From Escherichia coli (GTDB lineage Bacteria; Pseudomonadota; Gammaproteobacteria; Enterobacterales; Enterobacteriaceae): DNA of 20,311 nt. Below the pieces are notes generated by a model that worked only from the letters and a program-made list of their open reading frames with translations, searched no databases and was not told the origin of the DNA. Below, one piece after another: positions 1 to 7,769 of the stretch. Position 1 is the stretch's first letter, and every line of letters begins with the position of its first letter. A program made the translations under genes and the position numbers. The stretch is taken from assembly GCF_003334335.1 (NCBI RefSeq), contig NZ_QOWQ01000053.1; one strand, given 5' to 3'.

Positions 1-2352
1 AGTTATCGTGAGAGTAATTCATCGGCACGTTAAATCATATCAGGCGTAATACCACAACCCTTAAGTTAGCGCTTATGAGTAGTCTCCCCTCCCTGGCTTT
101 CGAAAAAGAAAAAATCGCCGATTCCGGTGCTGGATTTAGCGCCATTAGGCATTGAGCCAATCTGTTATCTGACAGAAGAAATCAGTAATCAACTTTTGGC
201 GAAATATATCTGGTATTCAAAACACATCACGGTTAGCCATGAAGAAAGTACTACCAACCTGTTGGCAAGGATGGGTTTTCAACGACGGATCGCTGGTACA
301 TGTATTAAAGCTCCCGAAGCGGTAGTTGAGGCATGGCTAAATGAAGATTATTCAACCTTACTAAGTGAATTTAAGGTGTTTCATTCACCTACCGGGCATT
401 ATTGGCAGTTGGGGATTTTGACAACATTGCCGCTGGAGAAAGCAGTAAAAGCATGGAATGCCCTTACCCTATCTCCACATACCGATACCGAATACGCCAT
501 GTTACATTTTGGACTCAAAGGGTTACCTGGGTTAGTAAACTCACTTGCACGCTATCCACAAGAAGCCTTGCCCATCACGAATTACTTCGCAGCGAGTGAG
601 CTGGCTCCTGCCGTCGCCCGTGCCTTCAACAAACTGAAAACGCTACGCGAAAACGCCCGTAGCTGGCTGTTGAAATACCCGGAACATGCCCTTACCGGCC
701 TGCTGCCTGCGGCGCTCGGCAAAGCCGGTGAAGCACAGGATAACGCCCGCGCTGCCTTGCGTATGCTTACCGAAAACGGTCATCAGCCATTACTGCAAGA
801 AATCGCCCGACGTTATAACCAGCCGGAAGTAACCGATGCGGTGAACGCTCTGCTTGCGCTCGATCCCTTAGATAATCACCCGACAAAAATCCCCACTCTT
901 CCGGCCTTTTATCAGCCATCGCTCTGGACGCGCCCGGTATTAAAAGCAAATGCCCAATCACTGCCAGATAGCGCCCTCCTCCACCTCGGTGAAATGCTCC
1001 GCTTCCCTCAGGAAGAGGCTCTGTATCCGGGATTATTGCAGGTGAAAGACGTCTGTTCCGCCGACTCACTGGCGGGATTTGCCTGGGATCTGTTTACCGC
1101 CTGGCAGACCGCTGGCGCGCCGTCGAAAGAGAGTTGGGCGTTCACTGCGTTAGGCGTTCTCGGTAACGATGACACCGCCCGCAAACTGACGCCATTAATA
1201 CGCGCCTGGCCTGGTGAATCCCAGCATAAACGCGCCACCGTTGGGTTGGATATTCTCGCTGCTATCGGTAGTGATATCGCCCTTATGCAGCTTAACGGCA
1301 TCGCCCAGAAACTGAAATTCAAAGCATTACAGGAGCGGGCAAAAGAAAAAATTGCCGACATTGCCGAGAGCCGCGAACTCACGGTGGCGGAGCTTGAAGA
1401 TCGGTTAGCACCGGATCTCGGTCTGGATGATAACGGTTCGCTGCTGCTGGATTTTGGCCCACGGCAGTTCACCGTCAGCTTTGATGAAACCTTAAAACCG
1501 TTTGTGCGTGATGTTTCCGGCAGCCGCCTGAAAGACCTGCCCAAACCGAACAAAAGCGATGATGAAACGCGGGCGAACGATGCGGTTAACCGCTACAAAT
1601 TGCTGAAAAAAGATGCGCGTACCATCGCCGCCCAGCAGGTAGCAAGGCTGGAATCCGCCATGTGCCTGCGCCGCCGCTGGTCGCTGGAAAACTTCCAGCT
1701 CTTCCTGGTTGAGCATCCGCTGGTTCGTCACTTAACCCGCCGTCTGATTTGGGGCGTTTATAGCGCCGAAAACCAGCTACTGGCTTGCTTTCGCGTAGCA
1801 GAAGATAACAGCTACAGCACCGCTGACGATGATCTTTTCACCCTGCCGGAAGGCGATATCTCTATCGGCACTCCTCACGTTCTGGAAATATCACCAACGG
1901 ATGCTGCCGCCTTTGGTCAGCTTTTTGCCGACTACGAACTGCTACCACCGTTCCGCCAGCTCGACCGTAACAGCTACGCCCTGACAGAAGCCGAGCGCAA
2001 TGCCAGTGAACTGACCCGCTGGGCAGGCAGAAAATGCCCGAGTGGTCGGGTCATGGGGCTGGCGAATAAAGGCTGGATAAAGGGCGAACCACAGGATGGA
2101 GGCTGGATCGGATGGATGATCAAACCTTTGGGTCGCTGGTCGTTAATCATGGAAATCGACGAAGGTTTTGCGGTGGGTATGTCACCAGCCGAACTTAGCG
2201 CTGAGCAGCTCTTAAGCAAGCTGTGGTTATGGGAAGGCAAAGCGGAAAGCTATGGCTGGGGGAGTAATTCAACACAGGAAGCGCAGTTCTCCGTACTCGA
2301 TGCCATCACCGCCAGCGAGCTAATTAACGATATTGAAGCCCTGTTTGAATAA
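1..2352 (+). pseudogene. molR: Disrupted DUF4132-type giant protein gene, tandem paralogue of yehI (molR/yehH locus). The residual ORF is 127..2352 (GTG, 741 aa) and the gene begins upstream of the window.
   Basis: The 741-aa ORF aligns end to end with YehI residues ~447-1207 (FAWDLFTAWQ.AGAP, DFGPRQFTV.FDE, RRWSL..F..F..HP, QLFADYE..PPFRQL). An identical 14-mer tttgcctgggatct occurs at 1078-1091 and 4774-4787. Homology continues 5' of the GTG: 79-126 reads VVSPPWLSKKKKSPIP against YehI LVSPPWRSKKKMTAPR, and nt 11-28 match yehI 3578-3595 at 15/18. The same frame has stops at 31-33 (TAA), 67-69 (TAG) and 76-78 (TGA). There is no SD before GTG127. From memory, K-12 annotates this locus as the molR pseudogene. 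Confidence 0.75.
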
Positions 2353-2361
2353 GGAAAGAGC

Positions 2362-5300
2362 ATGGACAAGGAATTACCGTGGCTGGCGGATAACGCCCAA
2401 CTGGAACTGAAATATAAAAAAGGCAAAACACCACTCAGTCATCGCAAATGGCCGGGCGAACCGGTGCCTGTTATCACTGAAAGCATCATTCAGACACTGG
2501 GTGATAAATTGCTACAAAAAGCTGAGAAGAAAAAAAACATTGTCTGGCGTTATGAAAATTTTTCACTGGAGTGGCAGTCCGCCATCACGCAGGCCATCAA
2601 CTTGATCGGCGAACACAAACCCTCAATCCCGGCCCGGACAATGGCGGCGCTAGTCTGTATCGCGCAAAATGACAGCCAACAGTTGCTCGACGAAATCGTC
2701 CAACAAGAGGGACTGGAATATGCGACTGAGGTGGTGATTGCACGCCAGTTTATTACACGATGTTATGAGAGTGATCCTCTGCTAGTGACATTGCAGTATC
2801 AGGACGAGGATTATGGCTATGGTTATCGCTCAGAAACCTATAACGAATTCGATCTCCGACTGCGTAAGCATCTCTCTCTGGCAGAGGAAAGCAGCTGGCA
2901 GCGTTGCGCCGACAAACTCATTGCCGCACTGCCAGGAATACCCAAAATTCGCCGTCCTTTTATTGCACTACTCCTCCCGGAAAAACCTGAAATAGCCAAT
3001 GAACTCGCCAGTCTTGAAAGCTCCCGGTCAAGTCTCCATTCAAAGGAGTGGTTAAAGGTCATTGCTACTGATAATACGGCGGTAAAAAAACTCGAACGAT
3101 ACTGGGGCCTGGACGTATTTAGCGATCGCGAAGCCAGCTACATGTCACAAGAAAACCGCTTCGGCTACGCGGCCTGCGCCTCCCTTTTGCGCGAACAAGG
3201 ACTGGCAGCCGTTCCGCGCCTGGCAATGTATGCCCATAAAGAAGATTGCGGCAGTCTGCTGGTACAAATTAACCATCCGCAAGTCATCCGCACCTTGCTA
3301 CTGGTGGCTGATAAAAACAAACCCAGCCTGCAACGTGTGGCTAAATACAGTAAAAACTTCCCCCACGCGACGCTCGCCGCACTGGCAGAACTGCTGGCGT
3401 TAAAAGAACCACCAGCCCGCCCAGGTTATCCAATCATCGAAGACAAAAAGCTGCCTGCACAGCAAAAAGCACGCGATGAATACTGGCGTACGCTGTTACA
3501 AACGCTGATGGCATCGCAGCCACAACTGGCAGCAGAAGTGATGCCGTGGTTAAGTACTCAAGCCAGGGCAGTGCTGAATAGTTATTTATCGGCACCGCCA
3601 AAACCGGTTATTGATAGCACCGATAACAGCAGTCTGCCTGAAATGCTCGTTTCACCACCGTGGCGTAGTAAGAAAAAAATGACAGCTCCACGTCTTGATT
3701 TGGCACCGCTCGAATTAACTCCGCAAATTTACTGGCAACCAGGCGAACAAGAGAGGCTTGCCGCCACTGAATCTGCCCGTTATTTCAGCACGGAATCTCT
3801 TGCGGAACGCATGGAACAAAAAAGTGGACGAGTTGTATTACAGGAACTGGGTTTTGGGGATGATGTATGGCTGTTTCTGAATTATATACTCCCCGGAAAA
3901 CTGGATGCTGCACGCAATTCACTCATTGTTCAGTGGCATTACTACCAGGGGCGGGTTGAAGAGATCCTGAATGGCTGGAACTCCCCGCAAGCACAATTAG
4001 CAGAACAGGCGCTCCGCAGCGGTCACATAGAAGCGTTAATTAACATATGGGAAAATGACAACTTCTCACGTTATCGTCCGGAAAAGAGTGTCTGGAACCT
4101 GTATTTATTGGCACAGTTGCCGCGTGAGATGGCTTTGACCTTCTGGCTGCGTATCATTGAGAAAAAGCATCTGTTCGCGGGTGAGGACTATTTTCTCAGT
4201 ATCCTCGGATTGGATGCGCTACCAGGTCTGCTGTTGGCTTTTTCACATCGTCCAAAAGAAACATTTCCGTTAATTTTAAATTTTGGCGCAACAGAACTGG
4301 CGCTGCCTGTTGCCCGCGTCTGGCGACGTTTCGCGGCGCAGCGTGATCTGGCTCGCCAGTGGATTTTACAATGGCCGGAACATACGGCTAGTGCACTTAT
4401 CCCTCTTGTCTTTACCAAACCCAGCGATAATAGCGAAGCCGCATTACTTGCCCTGCGTTTACTGTACGAACAGGGACATGGCGAATTGCTACAAACCGTG
4501 GCAAACCGCTGGCAGCGTACAGATGTATGGTCTGCCCTGGAGCAGTTGCTTAAACAGGGTCCAATGGACATTTACCCGGCACGCATTCCAAAAGCCCCTG
4601 ATTTCTGGCATCCGGCAATGTGGTCCAGGCCTCGACTTATCACTAATAATCAGCCTGTTACCGGTGACGCTCTGGAAATTATCGGCGAAATGCTGCGCTT
4701 TACCCAGGGGGGACGTTTTTATAGCGGGCTGGAACAACTGAAAACGTTCTGCCAGCCACAAACGCTGGCAGCTTTTGCCTGGGATCTCTTCACTGCGTGG
4801 CAACAAGCTGGTGCCCCCGCAAAAGACAACTGGGCATTTCTGGCGTTAAGTCTCTTTGGTGACGAAAGCACGGCACGGGATCTGACGACACAGATCCTCG
4901 CCTGGCCACAAGAAGGCAAATCTGCCCGTGCTGTCAGCGGCCTGAACATCCTTACCCTGATGAATAATGATATGGCGCTGATACAGCTGCATCATATATC
5001 GCAACGGGCTAAATCCCGCCCCTTACGTGATAACGCGGCGGAATTTCTTCAGGTGGTCGCAGAAAATCGCGGGCTAAGCCAGGAAGAGCTAGCGGACAGA
5101 TTAGTCCCAACCCTGGGCCTTGATGATCCGCAGGCGTTGAGTTTTGATTTTGGTCCCCGGCAGTTTACCGTTCGCTTCGATGAAAACCTCAACCCGGTTA
5201 TCTTTGATCAGCAAAACGTTCGCCAGAAAAGCGTTCCCCGGTTGCGCGCCGATGACGATCAACTGAAAGCGCCCGAGGCACTGGCCCGACTAAAAGGGCT

Positions 5301-5985
5301 AAAAAAAGATGCTACTCAGGTGAGCAAAAACCTGCTCCCGCGTCTTGAAGCTGCCCTACGTACCACCCGACGCTGGTCGCTGGCAGATTTTCATTCTCTG
5401 TTTGTTAATCATCCCTTTACCCGTCTGGTTACCCAGCGATTAATATGGGTGGTTTATCCGGCAAATGAACCGCGTTGTTTACTCAAAGCCTTTCGTGTGG
5501 CCGCAGAGGGGGAGTTCTGCAATGCGCAAGATGAGCCAATTGACCTGCCTGCGGACGCTCTGATTGGCATTGCCCACCCGTTAGAAATGACAGTAGAAAT
5601 GCGCAGTGAATTTGCACAGCTTTTTGCCGATTACGAAATTATGCCGCCTTTTCGCCAGTTGTCGCGCCGCACGGTGCTGCTCACACCTGACGAGTCAACC
5701 AGTAACAGCCTGACTCGCTGGGAAGGTAAATCCGCTACCGTTGGGCAGCTTATGGGAATGCGATACAAAGGCTGGGAGTCAGGCTATGAGGACGCATTTG
5801 TGGGCGAGTACCGGCTGGTCCTTAAGTTTTCACCCGGTTTTAACCACTACAATGTTGATAGCAAAGCGTTAATGAGCTTCCGTTCTCTTCGAGTGTACCG
5901 TGACAATAAATCCGTCACTTTTGCCGAACTTGATGTGTTTGATTTGAGTGAGGTGTTAAGCGCACCTGACGTCATTTTCCATTAA
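2362..5985 (+). CDS. yehI: YehI, 1207-aa DUF4132-family protein of unknown function
   Basis: A long uninterrupted ORF. ATG 2362 lies 9 nt after the upstream stop and is preceded by AAGGAAAGAG. Length and sequence match my memory of E. coli YehI (~1210 aa). The C-terminal two thirds are paralogous to the ORF at 127..2352. Confidence 0.93.
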   Translation: MDKELPWLADNAQLELKYKKGKTPLSHRKWPGEPVPVITESIIQTLGDKLLQKAEKKKNIVWRYENFSLEWQSAITQAINLIGEHKPSIPARTMAALVCIAQNDSQQLLDEIVQQEGLEYATEVVIARQFITRCYESDPLLVTLQYQDEDYGYGYRSETYNEFDLRLRKHLSLAEESSWQRCADKLIAALPGIPKIRRPFIALLLPEKPEIANELASLESSRSSLHSKEWLKVIATDNTAVKKLERYWGLDVFSDREASYMSQENRFGYAACASLLREQGLAAVPRLAMYAHKEDCGSLLVQINHPQVIRTLLLVADKNKPSLQRVAKYSKNFPHATLAALAELLALKEPPARPGYPIIEDKKLPAQQKARDEYWRTLLQTLMASQPQLAAEVMPWLSTQARAVLNSYLSAPPKPVIDSTDNSSLPEMLVSPPWRSKKKMTAPRLDLAPLELTPQIYWQPGEQERLAATESARYFSTESLAERMEQKSGRVVLQELGFGDDVWLFLNYILPGKLDAARNSLIVQWHYYQGRVEEILNGWNSPQAQLAEQALRSGHIEALINIWENDNFSRYRPEKSVWNLYLLAQLPREMALTFWLRIIEKKHLFAGEDYFLSILGLDALPGLLLAFSHRPKETFPLILNFGATELALPVARVWRRFAAQRDLARQWILQWPEHTASALIPLVFTKPSDNSEAALLALRLLYEQGHGELLQTVANRWQRTDVWSALEQLLKQGPMDIYPARIPKAPDFWHPAMWSRPRLITNNQPVTGDALEIIGEMLRFTQGGRFYSGLEQLKTFCQPQTLAAFAWDLFTAWQQAGAPAKDNWAFLALSLFGDESTARDLTTQILAWPQEGKSARAVSGLNILTLMNNDMALIQLHHISQRAKSRPLRDNAAEFLQVVAENRGLSQEELADRLVPTLGLDDPQALSFDFGPRQFTVRFDENLNPVIFDQQNVRQKSVPRLRADDDQLKAPEALARLKGLKKDATQVSKNLLPRLEAALRTTRRWSLADFHSLFVNHPFTRLVTQRLIWVVYPANEPRCLLKAFRVAAEGEFCNAQDEPIDLPADALIGIAHPLEMTVEMRSEFAQLFADYEIMPPFRQLSRRTVLLTPDESTSNSLTRWEGKSATVGQLMGMRYKGWESGYEDAFVGEYRLVLKFSPGFNHYNVDSKALMSFRSLRVYRDNKSVTFAELDVFDLSEVLSAPDVIFH

Positions 5986-5991
5986 AAACAC

Positions 5992-6017
5992 AGCGGGCAG
6001 TGATGCAACTGCCCGTT
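5992..6017 (+). other. Intergenic stem-loop between yehI and yehK
   Basis: cgggcagt (5994-6001) pairs perfectly with actgcccg (6008-6015) around a 6-nt loop gatgca, and is extendable by A-T/G-T pairs. Only a weak T-tract follows (ttatcaac), so it is at best a partial terminator or an RNA-stability element. Confidence 0.35.
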
Positions 6018-6046
6018 ATCAACACGACTTACCAGCGGGGAAAGCG

Positions 6047-6364
6047 ATGATCGTGCAAAAAGAGCTGGTTGCTATTTACGATTATGAGGTCCCTGTACCT
6101 GAAAATCCGTTTTCCTTCAGACTTGAGATCAATAAATGCTCTGAATTATTTACAGGTTCCGTCTATCGACTGGAGCGATTCCGGCTACGTCCAACATTTC
6201 ATCAACGTGATCGAGAAGATGCTGACCCGCTAATAAATGATGCGTTGATTTATATAAGAGATGAGTGTATTGATGAGCGGAAATTACGAGGTGAATCACC
6301 TGAAACTGTAATAGCAATTTTTAATCGTGAACTACAGAATATATTCAACCAAGAAATAGAATAA
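6047..6364 (+). CDS. yehK: YehK, 105-aa protein of unknown function
   Basis: ATG 6047 is preceded by GGGGAAAG. The 105-aa length matches E. coli YehK as I remember it. The gene is visibly AT-richer than its neighbours. Confidence 0.85.
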   Translation: MIVQKELVAIYDYEVPVPENPFSFRLEINKCSELFTGSVYRLERFRLRPTFHQRDREDADPLINDALIYIRDECIDERKLRGESPETVIAIFNRELQNIFNQEIE

Positions 6365-6441
6365 TATACTCTAAATAATTCAAATTGGTCCGATCCGGCG
6401 CAACGTCCCAATGGCCTGGATTATAAATCTCATTATCTTAA

Positions 6442-6470
6442 TTGCAACGGGGTCCAGCCGTGGTTATAAT
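6442..6470 (+). promoter_or_regulatory. Near-consensus sigma70 promoter (TTGCAA-17 nt-TATAAT)
   Basis: -35 ttgcaa at 6442-6447, an exact 17-nt spacer at 6448-6464, and a perfect -10 tataat at 6465-6470. It lies in the yehK-yehL intergenic region. Predicted TSS is about 6477. Confidence 0.45.
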
Positions 6471-6476
6471 TCGTTC

Positions 6477-6559
6477 GTTGGAACACGATGTTGCACAGGC
6501 TGCGGTGTTGGGCCTGAAAATAGTAAATAAAAGAACCTGCCTCACCAGCAGGTTTTTTT
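6477..6559 (+). ncRNA. Candidate ~80-nt small RNA, or terminated leader of the yehL operon
   Basis: Bounded by the promoter at 6442-6470 and the intrinsic terminator at 6534-6559. It contains a stem-loop caggc/gcctg (6496-6516), then an A/U-rich stretch aaaatagtaaataaaag, then the terminator with a U7 tail. It holds no ORF beyond 9 codons. Confidence 0.3.
6534..6559 (+). terminator. Rho-independent terminator
   Basis: aacctgc (6534-6540), loop ctcacca, gcaggtt (6548-6554), running into T7 (6553-6559). An A-rich tract upstream (aaataaaag) makes it potentially bidirectional. Confidence 0.75.
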
Positions 6560-6670
6560 ATTTACTGTGATCTGCTTTCCAGATATTTTCCGCTCAAACA
6601 ACTAATGCGCCAAACATTTATTGCGCGTAAAATATCGTTTATTTCATTAATACATTTCAGGGATGAATAT

Positions 6671-7759
6671 ATGTCACCGCAGAATAATCATCTGCAGCGT
6701 CCGCCTGCTGCTGTGTTATACGCCGATGAACTGGCAAAATTAAAACAAAATGATAACGCACCTTGCCCGCCCGGTTGGCAGTTAAGTTTGCCTGCGGCCC
6801 GTGCTTTTATCCTTGGCGATAGCGCGCAAAATATTAGCCGTAAAGTGGTGATTAGTCCCTCCGCTGTCGAACGCATGTTAGTCACTCTTGCCACCGGGCG
6901 CGGTTTGATGTTGGTGGGGGAACCTGGCACCGCAAAATCTCTCCTGTCTGAATTACTGGCAACCGCTATTAGCGGCGATGCCGGGTTAACCATCCAGGGC
7001 GGCGCATCTACTACCGAAGATCAAATCAAGTACGGCTGGAACTACGCCCTGCTTATCAATCATGGTCCATCAACGGAAGCGCTGGTCCCTGCCCCGCTTT
7101 ACCAGGGAATGCGCGACGGCAAAATCGTCCGTTTTGAAGAGATAACGCGTACACCGCTGGAAGTGCAAGACTGTCTGTTAGGTATGCTTTCTGACAGGGT
7201 GATGACGGTGCCGGAACTCACTGGTGAAGCCAGTCAGCTCTATGCGCGAGAAGGCTTTAATATTATTGCCACTGCCAATACCCGCGATCGCGGCGTCAAT
7301 GAAATGAGTGCTGCGCTAAAGCGTCGCTTCGATTTTGAAACTGTCTTTCCGATTATGGATTTCGCCCAGGAGCTGGAGCTTGTCGCCAGTGCTTCGGCGC
7401 GTTTGCTGGCCCATAGCGGTATTCCGCATAAAGTGCCTGACGCGGTACTGGAGTTACTGGTCCGCACCTTCCGCGATCTGCGTGCCAACGGCGAAAAGAA
7501 AACGTCAATGGATACACTAACAGCGATTATGTCCACCGCTGAAGCCGTGAACGTGGCCCACGCCGTAGGCGTCCGCGCCTGGTTTTTAGCGAATCGCGCA
7601 GGTGAGCCAGCCGACCTGGTGGACTGCATTGCCGGAACCATCGTCAAAGATAACGAAGAAGATCGCGCTCGTCTGCGCCGTTACTTCGAACAACGAGTCG
7701 CCACACATAAAGAAGCTCACTGGCAGGCTTATTATCAAGCCCGCCACCGCCTGCCGTGA
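6671..7759 (+). CDS. yehL: YehL, MoxR-class AAA+ ATPase (362 aa)
   Basis: ATG 6671 with AGGGA upstream gives the 362 aa I remember for K-12 YehL, whereas the track ORF starts at 6605. Walker A GEPGTAKS is at 6917-6940 and a Walker-B-like VRFEEI lies downstream. Size and layout fit a single-AAA MoxR protein. Confidence 0.93.
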   Translation: MSPQNNHLQRPPAAVLYADELAKLKQNDNAPCPPGWQLSLPAARAFILGDSAQNISRKVVISPSAVERMLVTLATGRGLMLVGEPGTAKSLLSELLATAISGDAGLTIQGGASTTEDQIKYGWNYALLINHGPSTEALVPAPLYQGMRDGKIVRFEEITRTPLEVQDCLLGMLSDRVMTVPELTGEASQLYAREGFNIIATANTRDRGVNEMSAALKRRFDFETVFPIMDFAQELELVASASARLLAHSGIPHKVPDAVLELLVRTFRDLRANGEKKTSMDTLTAIMSTAEAVNVAHAVGVRAWFLANRAGEPADLVDCIAGTIVKDNEEDRARLRRYFEQRVATHKEAHWQAYYQARHRLP

Positions 7760-7769
7760 GGAAAGATGC

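Noticed and set aside
2530-2537. An A8 homopolymer in the 5' part of yehI (EKKKN), and similar A6-A7 runs at 101-116 and about 3668-3676, considered as possible slippage or phase-variation tracts.
   Set aside because: They are shorter than tracts known to give efficient transcriptional or replication slippage. They encode conserved Lys runs in both paralogues. There is no evidence of frame switching in yehI.
767-5000. Antisense and out-of-frame ORFs inside yehH/yehI in the ORF track (e.g. 1008..1553 -, 767..1069 -, 4188..4571 -, 4283..4741 +, 4489..4806 -).
   Set aside because: They lie entirely within strongly supported + strand genes. Their products are Ser/Arg/Ala/Pro-rich and low-complexity, as is typical of shadow frames in GC-rich coding DNA. 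They have no SD and no recognisable motif.
6488-6517. A 9-codon uORF (MLHRLRCWA) inside the promoter-terminator unit, considered as a possible leader peptide for classical attenuation.
   Set aside because: It has only a GGAA 4 nt upstream as an SD. I could not find an anti-terminator pairing with the terminator 5' arm, and there is no run of a regulatory amino acid. It is kept only as a remark under the sRNA/leader finding.
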